From: Candidatus Kapaibacterium sp.
GTDB lineage: Bacteria; Bacteroidota; Ignavibacteria; Palsa-1295
Assembly: GCA_038210275.1 (NCBI GenBank)
Contig: JBBQWV010000016.1
Span: 5,447-69,446 of the forward strand
Direction: 5' to 3'
DNA length: 64,000 nucleotides
The position numbers were made by a program, and so were the translations under genes. Positions 44,287 to 55,528 of this stretch are shown here, piece by piece. Within the stretch, counting starts at the first letter, position 1; each line of letters begins with the position of its first letter. The notes beneath the pieces are model-generated. The model was not told the origin of the DNA, did no database searches, and worked only from the letters and a program-made list of their open reading frames with translations.

Positions 44287-46329
44287 ATGGGTCTAATAAA
44301 AGCTACACAATTTTTCTATTCCGGGGTTTTCCTTCTCCTGCTAACCTCTTCACTGTACTCTCAGGAAGTGCAGTGGGCTAACGAGGTTATCAGCAAATCG
44401 TCTGAAATCGGATCGAAGGAATATTCGGCGAAGCAAGTTCTTGGCAAACCCAATAAATGCCCGGCATCCGGTGATAGCCCTTGTGCTTGGTTTGGCAGAA
44501 GCGATGGTCTGTTTGGCGGCAGGGAAGAGCATATCAAGGTTGGTTACAAAAAACCAATGCAGATCCAGCAAGTTGGTATTGCAGAGAATTTTAATCCCGG
44601 TGCTGTCGAGAAAGTGATCCTCTACGATACCAAAGATGAGCCTCATGTCGTCTATCATGGCGAAGCCGCGCCGGTGAACGTTGCATCGCGTGTGATGCAC
44701 GTAAATTTCCTCAAAACCGATTATAAAGTAAAAGCTGTTGAGCTTGTTCTTCAATGCGGAAAAGTCCCCGGCATGAATGAGATTGATGCCATCGGAATTT
44801 CAGCTTCAAAGACTCCCATTACTGCAGAGATCAACATTGCACCGAATTCGAAGATCGAAGGGACAAAAGAAAATCTCGGATCGGGAGTGAACTCTCCTTA
44901 CGAAGAAGTCTATCCTATTATTTCTCCGGATGGAAAAACATTATACCTTGATCGTAAATATAGTCCAAATAATTTTGGGGCAGATATTAACGGCCCAAAT
45001 GATAATATCTGGTACTCGGAGTTAACTCCGGATGGGAAATGGGGACTAGCAAAGAATATTGGAAGTGGATTGAATAACGGATATGGCACTTTCTCTGCTT
45101 CGATCACGCCTGATGGTAATACACTCTTGATCGGAGGTAAATTTCTCGATAACGCAACGAACCAGATTACTTTTAGTATTTGGACTGTCAGGAAAATTGT
45201 CGGTGGCTGGGGAATTCCATCAAGGGTTCGAATCGATAGCTACTATACCCACAACCGCTTCATGGAGTTTTGTCTTTCTCCTGATGGTAAAACATTGCTT
45301 ATGAGTCTGCAGCGCGATGATTCTTATGGTGCACGCGATATGTATGCATCTTTTCTTAAACCTGACGGCACATGGAGCGCTCCAAAAAATCTCGGTCCGG
45401 AAGTAAATTCTGCCGGAGATGAAGGGATGCCATTCCTTGCTGCCGATGGAAAAACGCTTTACTTTGGTTCTGACGGATTCAGCGGATATGGCTCGACGGA
45501 TATGTTCTTTTCTCATAGACTTGACGACACATGGCAGAATTGGAGCGAACCCGAAAATCTCGGACCCGATTTTAATACACCGGAATGGGATGCGTATTTT
45601 ACAATTCCTGCATCAGCTGAGTATGCCTATTTCGTATCACATCAAGGCTCGATGGGTGGCTCAGATATTTTCCGCGCAAAACTTCCACCGTCTCTACAGC
45701 CATTTCCTGTAGTTCTGGTTAACGGAAAAGTGATTGATGCCAATACCGGAAAACCTATCGAAGCAACGATCCATTACGAAGTTCTTCCCGGCGGCAAAGA
45801 AGCCGGCATTGCACATAGTAATCCAGCAACTGGCGAATATAAAATATCGCTCCCAGCAGGTGCTCTGTACGGTTTTCGCGCCGAAGTGAAAGGCTACGTT
45901 GCCGTCAACGAAAATCTCGACGTGAAAAAGGTTACCGCTTATAAAGAAATAGAGCGCAATCTTAAACTCGTTCCATTCGAAGTCGGGCAGACCGTTCGCT
46001 TGAATAATCTTTTCTTCGATCTAAATAAAAGTGAACTGAAATCCGAATCTTTCGCCGAGCTTGACCGTCTCGTGGAATTACTGAAAACCTCATCGAAAAT
46101 GGAAGTCGAGATCATCGGACATACCGATAACATCGGCTACGATGCAGCGAATAAAAAATTATCCGTTGATCGCGCAAATGCCGTCCGCAATTATCTTGTC
46201 AGCAAGTCCATTCCCGGCAACCGCCTCAAAACCATCGGTTACGGCAAAACCAAACCCCTTGCCTCCAACGACACCGAAGAAGGCAGACAGCAGAATCGCA
46301 GAGTTGAGTTTACGATTCTGAAACAGTAG
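44287..46329 (+). CDS. OmpA-family protein with TolB-like PD40 β-propeller repeats and CarboxypepD_reg-like domain
   Basis: Signal peptide. Repeated (S/Y)PDGKTLY(L/F) PD40 motifs. VVLVNGKVIDANTGKPIEATIHYE... (CarbopepD_reg-like). C-terminal OmpA domain NNLFFDLNKSELKSESFAELDRLVELLK...VEIIGHTDNIGYDAANKKLSVDRANAVRNYL...NRRVEF. Confidence 0.85.
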   Translation: MGLIKATQFFYSGVFLLLLTSSLYSQEVQWANEVISKSSEIGSKEYSAKQVLGKPNKCPASGDSPCAWFGRSDGLFGGREEHIKVGYKKPMQIQQVGIAENFNPGAVEKVILYDTKDEPHVVYHGEAAPVNVASRVMHVNFLKTDYKVKAVELVLQCGKVPGMNEIDAIGISASKTPITAEINIAPNSKIEGTKENLGSGVNSPYEEVYPIISPDGKTLYLDRKYSPNNFGADINGPNDNIWYSELTPDGKWGLAKNIGSGLNNGYGTFSASITPDGNTLLIGGKFLDNATNQITFSIWTVRKIVGGWGIPSRVRIDSYYTHNRFMEFCLSPDGKTLLMSLQRDDSYGARDMYASFLKPDGTWSAPKNLGPEVNSAGDEGMPFLAADGKTLYFGSDGFSGYGSTDMFFSHRLDDTWQNWSEPENLGPDFNTPEWDAYFTIPASAEYAYFVSHQGSMGGSDIFRAKLPPSLQPFPVVLVNGKVIDANTGKPIEATIHYEVLPGGKEAGIAHSNPATGEYKISLPAGALYGFRAEVKGYVAVNENLDVKKVTAYKEIERNLKLVPFEVGQTVRLNNLFFDLNKSELKSESFAELDRLVELLKTSSKMEVEIIGHTDNIGYDAANKKLSVDRANAVRNYLVSKSIPGNRLKTIGYGKTKPLASNDTEEGRQQNRRVEFTILKQ

Positions 46330-46360
46330 AGTATTGACGTATATGGTGTACCCATGGCTG

Positions 46361-46459
46361 TCTGAACCTTGATTTCATGAGATTAAAAAGATGTGGTAAG
46401 ATTTTTACTACAACAAAATCTTTCTTAATCCTCAAAATCTTTTAAAATCAAGGTTCAGA
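46361..46459. repeat. 99-bp element bounded by perfect 15-bp terminal inverted repeats TCTGAACCTTGATTT / AAATCAAGGTTCAGA, with nested inner inverted repeat AAGATTTT/AAAATCTT
   Basis: The arms are at 46361-46375 and 46445-46459. A third copy of the arm plus flanks (GGCTtCTGAACCTTGATTaaCATGA) lies at 35477-35501. Confidence 0.6.
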
Positions 46460-46927
46460 TGTTTTTAAATTTTCAATGAACAGATCGCAGCGATATCCCT
46501 TCTGAGGATCACTCTCCGATCATGAAAACAGTTTGGTAGTTTAGTAGTTGGTAGTTTAGTAGTTATTTAAAAAATGTCATTGCGAGGAGTCCGCTTGCGG
46601 ACGACGTGGCAATCTCAGATAGTTATCGTAGTTATAAATCTCCGGATTAGAGATTAGAGTGGTGGTTAGTTCACTCATAGCTCAGTCCTCATAGCTCATA
46701 GCTACTCCCACAACCCCACAATTGCTCGTTTCCCAATATCTCTCTTTTTATTTTTCCATTTATCGGCGAGGATTACGCTCTAAGTGCCATCGAAGCAAAA
46801 TATCAAAAGGAATAGAAGGCTGGATTGAGGCTTCCTGTATGTATTTTACGCAAAACATCGTAGGTTATTTCGCTATAAAATACATATTGTCGAACTTTCG
46901 AATGCAAATATACGGATGAAAAGTGTT

Positions 46928-47028
46928 TTTGTCAAGGTGCCCATACCAAACTATTTTCAAAATCGGCGAAATCAGGCTGGAATCGCCAAAGATTTTTTTG
47001 AGGGTGAATTGTGGGAATAGGTGCCCAT
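46928..47028. promoter_or_regulatory. Second copy of the motif pair TTTGTCAAGGTGCCCA (46928-46943) and ATAGGTGCCCAT (47017-47028), upstream of the 47209 gene
   Basis: Both words are exact matches to 1541-1556 and 1497-1508. Confidence 0.4.
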
Positions 47029-47208
47029 TGGGAAAATCGGTCGAGTTTCGGCGATCTGGCGTTCAGGGGGAGATCGGATTCATTTCCCAAATCCCCGAAG
47101 AGAGTTGTTCGCTTACCCAGCAAGAAGTAAAGAACAGAAATCTCTCTGCCCTTGTTAATTATGTGAAGATGCGAAAAGCATCCTAAATTCACAGAAAAAT
47201 ACTATGCT

Positions 47209-48102
47209 ATGTTCCGGTACTTATTTACCACTTTTTTTATCTTTTCACTTATAGTTGTTTTTGATAGAACTGCGAAGGCACAAACCGATTCATTAGAGAT
47301 TGAATATGGTTTGGAATCTAATAATCTGGATCCCACCACCGCTATTCCTGTAATTGATTCATTTCTCCTGAAAAACCCAAATACTCCCAGGCGTGCGAAG
47401 ATTGAATATAAACTTGCCGAATTATACGCAAAGGGGAATCAAGTGGAAAAGGCGAAAGAGCTTTATTTGAAGATCATCGAATCAAAGAGGAACGATACAG
47501 CACAAATAAGTCCTGATGAGATGATGGAAGGCGATAGAGCATATATGGTTAATCTGCGAAACTATGCAGCATTTAATATGGCAGAATTATATTATGCTGC
47601 AAAGGATTATAAAACGGCAATCGTTTATTATAAAATAGGAATATACAGATTTCCGTTTCGCCATTTCTCCGGTTCGGATATTAATCAGCACCGTGTCAAA
47701 GAATTCCAAAATCTTGCGGATGCGTATGCACAGTCAGGTCAAATGGATAGCGCCCTCTCAGTTCTTCTGCCGTTTATGTTTAATCCCATTGTGTATTCGC
47801 CTCGTGCAGTAATGAAAGCTGCATATCTGATTATGATGGATTCCACTAATCATAATTGGTGCTCAAAGTTTAATACTGCCCTTGCAACCATGAAGCTTAC
47901 CGATACGACAATGCAATTCCGACTTGATTCCGTGCTTATTAAGATACCAATGGTATTTCATGAATTTCCGAATACTTCAGTCACGACCACAGGAAATTCA
48001 GAAATGTGGACCCCTCCAAAAACTGCTTCTCAAGCGATTAAATTATTCAAAGACCACCAATTCTGTAAGGTTATCTGTAAGCAGGAGGATGAAAAGAAAT
48101 GA
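47209..48102 (+). CDS. Secreted TPR-like repeat protein
   Basis: Signal peptide MFRYLFTTFFIFSLIVVFDRTAKAQ. Helical-repeat segments such as NMAELYYAAKDYKTAIVYYKIG and QNLADAYAQSGQMDSAL. Confidence 0.5.
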   Translation: MFRYLFTTFFIFSLIVVFDRTAKAQTDSLEIEYGLESNNLDPTTAIPVIDSFLLKNPNTPRRAKIEYKLAELYAKGNQVEKAKELYLKIIESKRNDTAQISPDEMMEGDRAYMVNLRNYAAFNMAELYYAAKDYKTAIVYYKIGIYRFPFRHFSGSDINQHRVKEFQNLADAYAQSGQMDSALSVLLPFMFNPIVYSPRAVMKAAYLIMMDSTNHNWCSKFNTALATMKLTDTTMQFRLDSVLIKIPMVFHEFPNTSVTTTGNSEMWTPPKTASQAIKLFKDHQFCKVICKQEDEKK

Positions 48103-48110
48103 GAGCTGAT

Positions 48111-48839
48111 TCAATGAATCCTCATGGTATCATACGTTACGGGAGGATTGACATGAATTTTCTCCTTCTTTAATATAGGGTTCTGAGGCATAGGCTCTGT
48201 CGGAATAAACCCATGGATCCAAGCATCTTTGATATGAAGCCGTGATATCCATACCTTTGATTTATTGGGATTGAGTTCTACTGCAGCAAGAATACCGCCC
48301 CATCTGGTGGATTCGCCTACCATCGTGGATAGGTGCATTTCTGCAGTATCGGATACAGTGTAGGGGAAATCATAATTCTCAAAGCAGTATATAGATGTTT
48401 TTGCTTTGTTCGATGAAGTACAATGCCCCTTTACTGAATCGTGCTTCATACTTATCTCGTTCTGGTTGAATCGTGCATGACTGTCGTCAGTATCGAAAGT
48501 TGTTGGATGCCCAGCCATCTTCAGAGGTTTTCCTATTAACGTTGTCGCATACTTCCCGAAGCTTTCGTATGACAACTCACCTTCAGATACGCTTCCTGCA
48601 CCGGCGAGAATCGTTATATACCGAAGCAGTTCTGGAAATCCGGACGTAATATCGTCCTCATGCTTGGCAAGCAAATCTTTCGACATCGCATAAGCGTCAG
48701 TCCATGATTCCGTACCGAGCTTTTGAAAGATTGGAAGCATTTCTTCGCGAGTTACTTCCTGCGAGAAGACGCTCGCGGAAGCAGAAAAGATAAAAATAAG
48801 AATGAGAATGAATTTATGAAGCTGTGGCATAGAATGCAA
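48111..48839 (-). CDS. Hypothetical secreted protein
   Basis: Signal peptide ...[18 protein letters not shown]. No recognisable motif. Confidence 0.4.
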   Translation of the reverse strand: MHSMPQLHKFILILIFIFSASASVFSQEVTREEMLPIFQKLGTESWTDAYAMSKDLLAKHEDDITSGFPELLRYITILAGAGSVSEGELSYESFGKYATTLIGKPLKMAGHPTTFDTDDSHARFNQNEISMKHDSVKGHCTSSNKAKTSIYCFENYDFPYTVSDTAEMHLSTMVGESTRWGGILAAVELNPNKSKVWISRLHIKDAWIHGFIPTEPMPQNPILKKEKIHVNPPVTYDTMRIH

Positions 48840-48913
48840 ATATACGTAAGCAATTCGGAGTAATCTTAAAGCTTGTACTATTCCCCAAAACTCTCTCCCT
48901 TGTTTTTTCGTTT

Positions 48914-49798
48914 ATGGGTTTGATGTTACTCGATCTGCCTGTTATTGCCCAGCCAAAGCCTCGTGAAGCCCGTCCTGAGTGGCTGAAGGTGCGTATTCCG
49001 TCCGGTGAAAATTATTCGCGATTGAAAAATATCATGCAGGAGCATGATCTGCATACGGTTTGCGAAGAAGCGCGCTGCCCGAATGTGGCTGAATGCTGGA
49101 ATTCGGGCACGGCAACATTCATGATCTTAGGCGATACGTGTACTCGCTCATGTGGCTTTTGCGCTGTCAAAACAGGACGTCCGACATTTCTCGATACCGA
49201 AGAACCTGAGCGCGTCGCCGATGCTGCGAGACTCATGGACTTACGTCATCTCGTTATCACGAGTGTTAATCGCGACGAACTTCCCGATGGCGGAGCAAGT
49301 GTTTTTGCCGAGACGATCCGTGCAACTCGCAGAGCGAATCCGAAAACAAGAATTGAAGTTCTTATTCCTGATTTCAAAGGGAAAGATGAATCGCTGAAAT
49401 TAATTTTTGATGCACGTCCTGATATTTTGAATCATAATACAGAGACCGTACCTTCGATGTATCGGTTAGTTCGTCCCCAAGCAAAGTATCAATGGTCGCT
49501 GAAAGTATTGCGTCGCGCAAAAGAAGAAGGATTTATCACGAAGACAGGAATCATGCTCGGACTTGGCGAGAGCAGGGAAGAGCTTATGCGCGTGATGACA
49601 GATCTTGTAGAAATTAAAGTTGATATTCTGACCTTAGGACAGTACCTTCAACCTTCACCGAATCACCTCCCCGTGTTTCGCTTTTTGCATCCCGATGAAT
49701 TCAAAGAGCTGCACGATATCGGCATGGATATGGGTTTCCGTAATGTCGAATCGGGTCCCCTCGTTCGCAGTTCCTATCACGCTGAACAGCATATTTGA
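48914..49798 (+). CDS. lipA: Lipoyl synthase
   Basis: Two Cys clusters, [12 protein letters not shown] and [10 protein letters not shown] (radical-SAM CxxxCxxC). Lipoyl-synthase-typical spacing and length. Confidence 0.9.
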   Translation: MGLMLLDLPVIAQPKPREARPEWLKVRIPSGENYSRLKNIMQEHDLHTVCEEARCPNVAECWNSGTATFMILGDTCTRSCGFCAVKTGRPTFLDTEEPERVADAARLMDLRHLVITSVNRDELPDGGASVFAETIRATRRANPKTRIEVLIPDFKGKDESLKLIFDARPDILNHNTETVPSMYRLVRPQAKYQWSLKVLRRAKEEGFITKTGIMLGLGESREELMRVMTDLVEIKVDILTLGQYLQPSPNHLPVFRFLHPDEFKELHDIGMDMGFRNVESGPLVRSSYHAEQHI

Positions 49799-51084
49799 TG
49801 TATTTTTTTTATTCGGTTTTTATTTTCTTTTTTCGTATCATTCTCGGTACTCTTTCGCTATTTGATAGTAAGATCAGGCGCGGCATTGAGGGAAGAAAAA
49901 GTTTATTCCAGATAATAGAAAAACATTACTCAACAATAAGCCCACTACGCAAAAGAATTCTCATTCACGTTTCGTCCTTTGGGGAGTTGGAGCAAGCGAA
50001 GCCGGTGATCGCGGCGATCAAAGAAAAATATCCCGAAGCTCACATTCATCTGACTTTCTTTTCTCCGAGCGGATATGATAATGCAATTGATACATATAAG
50101 CTTCCTGATATAATCACATACTTGCCACTGGATTCGCAAGGCGATGTGGAATGGTTTCTCGATATTGTGAAGCCGCATCTTGTTCTTTTTGTCCGCTATG
50201 ATCTCTGGCATAATTTCGTGCATGAACTTCATGACCGGAATATTCCAATGCTTCTTTTTAGCGCAACGTTTGATTCGTCATTTGGCAAATCTCTTCCTTT
50301 CTTGCGAAGTCTTTATAATAAGACGTATTCATTTATGAATACGATCTGTACCGTCAGCGAAGCAGATAAAAATATCATTACAAAATTTGCTGCTCATGCA
50401 AAAGACATAATCGTTGCCGGCGATACCAGATGCGATCAGGTGATTGCAAGGAAAAATGCTGTCGACGAAAGTAAAGAGCAGACGCTCCCTGAAAATATTC
50501 TGCAAAAAATAACTTCAGAGAATTTACGAGTTGTCGTTGCAGGGAGTACATGGGAAAATGACGAAGTGATTATTGTGCCGATATTAATGAAGGCTCTTTC
50601 TGCCGGAGAAAAACTATTTGTTATCATCGCTCCGCACGAAATAGGGAAAGCGCATATTGCATCATTGCTGTCGCAATTGGGAAGTCAGGCAATCGTATTA
50701 TCAAAAATATCTTCCTATCGCGACGAAAAAATTATTATTATTGATAGCATCGGAAAATTATTTGCGCTCTATCAATTTGCCTCGTTCTCATACGTCGGCG
50801 GCGGATTTGGCTCCGGAGTGCATAATGTTCTGGAGCCTGCTGTTTGGGGAGTGCCTACAATTGTAGGACCGAATCATAAACGCTCGAAAGAAATTTCTGC
50901 GCTTATAGGACTTGGCGCTGCAGTAGAAGTACAGAACCGTGACGAATTCGAGCAAGCGATGGGGCATTGGTTTACAACTGATATGGCACGATTGATCGCT
51001 TCAGCTTCAGCAAAAAGTTATGTTACCTCTTCTGCTGGAGCAACAGAGAAGATCATGGAGAAGATTGGTTTGCTGCAATGGTAA
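49795..51084 (+). CDS. waaA: 3-deoxy-D-manno-octulosonic acid (Kdo) transferase
   Basis: [40 protein letters not shown] is the N-terminal Kdo-transferase motif. C-terminal GT-B region ...FSYVGGGFG...NVLEPA. Overlaps the lipA stop by 4 nt. Confidence 0.8.
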   Translation: MMYFFYSVFIFFFRIILGTLSLFDSKIRRGIEGRKSLFQIIEKHYSTISPLRKRILIHVSSFGELEQAKPVIAAIKEKYPEAHIHLTFFSPSGYDNAIDTYKLPDIITYLPLDSQGDVEWFLDIVKPHLVLFVRYDLWHNFVHELHDRNIPMLLFSATFDSSFGKSLPFLRSLYNKTYSFMNTICTVSEADKNIITKFAAHAKDIIVAGDTRCDQVIARKNAVDESKEQTLPENILQKITSENLRVVVAGSTWENDEVIIVPILMKALSAGEKLFVIIAPHEIGKAHIASLLSQLGSQAIVLSKISSYRDEKIIIIDSIGKLFALYQFASFSYVGGGFGSGVHNVLEPAVWGVPTIVGPNHKRSKEISALIGLGAAVEVQNRDEFEQAMGHWFTTDMARLIASASAKSYVTSSAGATEKIMEKIGLLQW

Positions 51085-51109
51085 ACTGACGGTATTATCC
51101 CGAAAACGA

Positions 51110-51940
51110 TTAAGATGCTTCGTATTGCTCTTTATATTTCTTAATCGCCTCTAAAATTCCTCGCGCATATTTTGTCTGACCGGCTGCACTTTTTAAGAGC
51201 GCTTCTTCTTTGAGATTTGAAATATATCCAGTCTCAATAAGTACATTCGGCATTGATGCACCTACGAGGACGAAAAAACCTGCTTGTTCCACACCGTTGT
51301 TCTTTATCCCAACTGATTTCTTTAACTCCTTCTGCACTGACGAGGCAAATTTCTCCGAGAACTTTACATCCTGCGAACGTGACATTGAAGTCAGAATAAA
51401 ATCAATATCGGAAAGCGCATCATAGCGTTTTTTATTCTTCTCATATTCTATGACGGCATTTTCCCGCGCAGCAACTTTGATGGCTGCATCGGTTTTACCT
51501 GGACGCAGAATATACGTTGCTGTGCCGCTTGCTTTTGTAGGTTTTTCTGGGGTGGAGTTACAGTGGATGCTAATAAAAAGTTTTCCTTTATTCTCATTTG
51601 CAATCTCTCCACGACGATAGAGTTCGATGAATTTATCTGATTTGCGAGTATAAACTACTTCAATATCGGGAAGTTCTTCTTTAATTAACTCGCCTAATTT
51701 CAAGACTATCGCAAGCGTCGCTTGTTTCTCCTTAAACCCTTTTGTACCAATAGCTCCGGGATCTTTCCCTCCATGTCCTGCATCGAGTACAATGACATCA
51801 AGTTTAGGATGTTTCTTTTTCGGCTTTGTTTTTACTTTAACAGCAGTCGAATCGTCATCACTCTTCTGATGAACGCTAGGAGTATAACTTGATAGGCAGA
51901 ACGAAAAAAAACAAAATGCTAATAGCGGAAGTTTGAGCAT
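51110..51940 (-). CDS. N-acetylmuramoyl-L-alanine amidase (Amidase_3 family)
   Basis: IVLDAGHGGKDPGAIG and ...SIHCNS... are Amidase_3 zinc-site motifs. Signal peptide/lipoprotein-like N-terminus. Confidence 0.8.
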   Translation of the reverse strand: MLKLPLLAFCFFSFCLSSYTPSVHQKSDDDSTAVKVKTKPKKKHPKLDVIVLDAGHGGKDPGAIGTKGFKEKQATLAIVLKLGELIKEELPDIEVVYTRKSDKFIELYRRGEIANENKGKLFISIHCNSTPEKPTKASGTATYILRPGKTDAAIKVAARENAVIEYEKNKKRYDALSDIDFILTSMSRSQDVKFSEKFASSVQKELKKSVGIKNNGVEQAGFFVLVGASMPNVLIETGYISNLKEEALLKSAAGQTKYARGILEAIKKYKEQYEAS

Positions 51941-51943
51941 CCG

Positions 51944-52441
51944 TTAGCGATAATTCGTGAATTGAATGGGGAAATCAAAACTCTGAGCCTTCAGCGTTTG
52001 CATAGCTGTTTGTAGATCGTCCTTGCTTTTTCCGGTGATACGGACTTCCTCGCCTTGGATTGCGGCCTGAACTTTTAGCTTCAACTCCTTGACCATCTTC
52101 GTGATCTGCTTCGCTTGCTCGGTTTCTAAACCGCTTTTGAGTTTGATGACCTGCCTGATAGAGCCGCCCGTCGCGGGTTCTTCTTTTCCGTAATCAAGCA
52201 CTTTAAGCGAAATTCCTCGCTTAATCATCTTGCCGTTCAATATTTCATGAAGGGCGCGGAGCTTCATATCATCGCTGGTATGAAGGGTGATCGTTTTTTC
52301 CTTGAGATTCATATCTATCTCGGTGTTCGAGCCTTTGAAGTCGTAGCGTTGCTCGACTTCCTTGCGCGCCTGATTGACGGCATTATCTACTTCCTGCTCA
52401 TCGAACTCGCTTACAACATCGAATGAAAATTGGCTTGCCAT
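51944..52441 (-). CDS. yajQ: YajQ family (UPF0234) nucleotide-binding protein
   Basis: MASQFSFDVVSEFDEQEVDNAVNQARKEVEQRYDFKG... Full-length 165 aa match to the YajQ pattern. Confidence 0.85.
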   Translation of the reverse strand: MASQFSFDVVSEFDEQEVDNAVNQARKEVEQRYDFKGSNTEIDMNLKEKTITLHTSDDMKLRALHEILNGKMIKRGISLKVLDYGKEEPATGGSIRQVIKLKSGLETEQAKQITKMVKELKLKVQAAIQGEEVRITGKSKDDLQTAMQTLKAQSFDFPIQFTNYR

Positions 52442-52612
52442 AATTATTTATATAGTTTAATATGCAAATTTACGGAAACTCTGGAGTCCTATGCCCGAAG
52501 TCCGGTGTCCGAAGAACTTTTGACATTGAACTTCGTACCTCGAACTTTGGAGTACCCTAAATTTTTCTTCAAGAAAAACTGTTTCATGCGGCTACTCAAT
52601 TAACACCTACGA

Positions 52613-55507
52613 ATGAATACAGTTTTACACCGCTACGACAGATTCCAAGACCGACACATAGGACCGAATTCCGAAGATCAACAAAAGATGCTCAACTATA
52701 TCGGAGCATCTTCACTCGATGATCTTATCGAGCAGACTATTCCTTCGAAGATACGTTTGAAGCATCCCCTCAAAGGCGTGAAGGCAAAAACGGAAGTAGA
52801 GTTTTTGGAAGAATTCAAACAGATCGCTTCGGAAAATAAAATTTATAAATCGTATATCGGAATGGGGTATTACGATTGCGTTACTCCTCCGGTTATCTTG
52901 CGCAACGTCATGGAGAATCCGGGTTGGTACACTCAGTACACACCCTATCAGGCGGAGATCGCACAGGGAAGGCTTGAATCACTGCTGAATTTCCAGACGA
53001 TGGTTATGGATCTCGCAGGAATGGAGATTGCCAACGCTTCGCTTCTCGATGAAGGTACTGCCGCTGCAGAAGCAATGCATTTGATGTATGCTCATCGCAG
53101 TCATCCGATGCAGGAAAAAGACGCGAATATTCTTTTCGTATCGCAAGATTGTTTTCCTCAGACGATTGATCTCTTGATTACTCGCGCTGAACCACTTGGG
53201 ATCGAGTTAGTTATCGGCGATCCTCTGAAAATGGAAAAAGCATGGAATGAAAAAATCTTTGGTGCGATCCTTCAATATCCGAATGGCAATGGCGGCATTG
53301 TGAGCTATGATGAATTCTGCAAAGTGGCACATCATCATCATGCAAGCGTTGCTGTCGCAGCTGATTTATTAAGTTTAACTTTATTAAGACCACCGGGTGA
53401 ATTCGGTGCTGATATTGTTTTTGGTTCTGCGCAAAGATTTGGTGTGCCGCTTGGGTATGGCGGTCCTCATGCAGCTTTTTTCGCCGCGCAAGAACGCTTC
53501 AAGCGTCAATTGCCGGGAAGAATCATTGGAGTTTCAATTGATTCATATGGTAAGCCAGCTCTGCGCATGGCATTGCAAACACGCGAGCAGCATATTCGCC
53601 GCGATAAAGCAACGAGTAACATCTGCACTGCGCAAGCATTGCTCGCGAATATGGCGGCAATGTATGCCGTCTATCATGGACCTGCAGGATTAAAAATTAT
53701 CGCTGAACGTGTTCATGGATTAACCTCACTTCTTTCGAAGCATTTAGAGAAGAGCGGATATAAACTTGCGTATTCGCATTTCTTCGATACGATCAAGATC
53801 ATCACTGATGATAAAAATATCGTTGCGATCCAAAAAAGTGCGGAAGCAGCAAAGATGAATTTCAGGTATTTCAGCGACGGCGTTGGAATTTCACTCGATG
53901 AGACGACTACGATTAATGATGTTAATAATATTGCTGAAGTATTTGCTAAAGTATTAGGGACAAAAACAATTAATCATACTGATATTCAAATCTCAGTCGC
54001 AATACCTTCCGAAGCGAAAAGAACAACGACTTATTTGACGCATCCTGTTTTTAATACGTATCGTTCGGAAACGGAGATGCTGCGGTATTTGAAGAGTCTG
54101 GAAAATAAAGATCTTTCACTTACTCATTCGATGATTGCGCTCGGATCATGCACGATGAAATTAAATGCCACAAGTGAGATGATCCCCGTGACGTGGCAGG
54201 AATTCGGAAGACTTCATCCTTTCGCACCGCTTGACCAGACACTTGGCTATCAGAAAGTTTTTAAACTGCTTGAAGAATCATTGTGCGAGATCACAGGCTT
54301 TGATGCCGTAAGTTTACAACCGAATTCTGGGGCGCAGGGCGAATATGCCGGACTTCTCGTTATCAGAGAATATCATAAATCTCGTGGCGAAAGTCATCGC
54401 AACGTCGTTATCATTCCGGCTTCTGCACATGGCACAAATCCTGCAAGTGCTGTTATGGCAGGCATGAAAGTAGTCGTTTCGAAAACCGATGCAAATGGGA
54501 ATATCGATATGGCTGATCTGAAAGAAAAAGCAGACCAGCATAAAAATGATCTTGCTGCACTGATGGTCACATATCCTTCGACTCATGGAGTTTTCGAAGA
54601 GACGATCATTGAAGTTTGTGAAATAATCCATAAACACGGCGGGCAGGTATATATGGATGGTGCGAATATGAATGCGCAAGTTGGGTTGACTAGTCCGCGC
54701 AATATCGGCGCTGATGTATGTCATTTGAATCTTCATAAAACTTTCTGCATTCCGCATGGCGGTGGTGGTCCCGGAATGGGACCGATCGGCGTGGCAAATC
54801 ATTTGCAGGCTTTCTTGCCCGGTCATGCAGTTGTTTCTATCGGTGGTAAACAAAGCATTCACGCTGTCTCTGCCGCACCATGGGGAAGTGCAAGTATTCT
54901 GCTTATTTCATGGGCATATATTTCGATGATGGGCAGCGATGGCTTAACTGATGCAACGAAGGTTGCGATCTTGAATGCAAATTATATAAAGTCGCGACTC
55001 GAAAAACATTTTCCGATCCTTTATCAAGGAAAACAAGGAAGAGTTGCGCATGAGATGATCGTTGATATGCGTCACTTCAAACATACGGTCGGAATTGAAG
55101 TTGAAGATATTGCTAAGCGTCTTATTGATTATGGATTCCATGCGCCGACGGTTTCTTTTCCTGTTGCCGGAACATTGATGATCGAGCCGACAGAAAGCGA
55201 AGCATTGCATGAGATCGATAGATTCTGTGACGCTCTTATTGCTATCGGCGAAGAGATCAAGGAGATCGAAACAGGATTAGCAGATAAAGAGGATAATGTT
55301 CTGAAAAATTCTCCACATACAGCTGAGTCTCTGATGGCTGATGAGTGGGCGCATTCGTATTCTCGCTCGAAGGCTGGATACCCGGCACCGTGGACAAGAC
55401 ATAATAAATTCTGGACTCCGGTCGGAAGAATTAATGGCGCGTACGGAGATAGGACGCTTGTCTGTAGTTGCCCTCCGATTGAGGACTATGCGGAAGTTGC
55501 AGTATAA
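52613..55507 (+). CDS. gcvP: Glycine dehydrogenase (decarboxylating), single-chain P-protein
   Basis: 964 aa. ...[18 protein letters not shown]...[21 protein letters not shown]... and a PLP-Lys region ...[24 protein letters not shown]... Confidence 0.95.
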   Translation: MNTVLHRYDRFQDRHIGPNSEDQQKMLNYIGASSLDDLIEQTIPSKIRLKHPLKGVKAKTEVEFLEEFKQIASENKIYKSYIGMGYYDCVTPPVILRNVMENPGWYTQYTPYQAEIAQGRLESLLNFQTMVMDLAGMEIANASLLDEGTAAAEAMHLMYAHRSHPMQEKDANILFVSQDCFPQTIDLLITRAEPLGIELVIGDPLKMEKAWNEKIFGAILQYPNGNGGIVSYDEFCKVAHHHHASVAVAADLLSLTLLRPPGEFGADIVFGSAQRFGVPLGYGGPHAAFFAAQERFKRQLPGRIIGVSIDSYGKPALRMALQTREQHIRRDKATSNICTAQALLANMAAMYAVYHGPAGLKIIAERVHGLTSLLSKHLEKSGYKLAYSHFFDTIKIITDDKNIVAIQKSAEAAKMNFRYFSDGVGISLDETTTINDVNNIAEVFAKVLGTKTINHTDIQISVAIPSEAKRTTTYLTHPVFNTYRSETEMLRYLKSLENKDLSLTHSMIALGSCTMKLNATSEMIPVTWQEFGRLHPFAPLDQTLGYQKVFKLLEESLCEITGFDAVSLQPNSGAQGEYAGLLVIREYHKSRGESHRNVVIIPASAHGTNPASAVMAGMKVVVSKTDANGNIDMADLKEKADQHKNDLAALMVTYPSTHGVFEETIIEVCEIIHKHGGQVYMDGANMNAQVGLTSPRNIGADVCHLNLHKTFCIPHGGGGPGMGPIGVANHLQAFLPGHAVVSIGGKQSIHAVSAAPWGSASILLISWAYISMMGSDGLTDATKVAILNANYIKSRLEKHFPILYQGKQGRVAHEMIVDMRHFKHTVGIEVEDIAKRLIDYGFHAPTVSFPVAGTLMIEPTESEALHEIDRFCDALIAIGEEIKEIETGLADKEDNVLKNSPHTAESLMADEWAHSYSRSKAGYPAPWTRHNKFWTPVGRINGAYGDRTLVCSCPPIEDYAEVAV

Positions 55508-55528
55508 TTTATTTCTTAAGGGCGCGTC

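Noticed and set aside
44287-44800. N-terminal ~170 aa of the OmpA/TolB protein as a distinct novel domain
   Set aside because: No motif could be anchored from sequence alone. Unassigned N-terminal regions are common in Bacteroidota OmpA/TolB-like proteins. There is insufficient basis for a finding.
46670-46720. tRNA-like TAGCTCAG word (D-arm-like) in …ttcactcatagctcagtcctcatagctcatagctactccc…
   Set aside because: There is no acceptor stem, anticodon arm or GGTTCGAATCC-type T-arm. It is just a short CATAGCTCA tandem repeat.
52442-52612. Possible glycine riboswitch in the 5' leader of gcvP (contains CTCTGGAG and CCGAAG-like words)
   Set aside because: The conserved aptamer elements (GGAGAG … CGCCGAAGG.GCAA … CUCUCAGGCAAAAGGAC) are not present in the right order on either strand. 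There are only short fortuitous matches. A covariance-model scan would be needed to say more.
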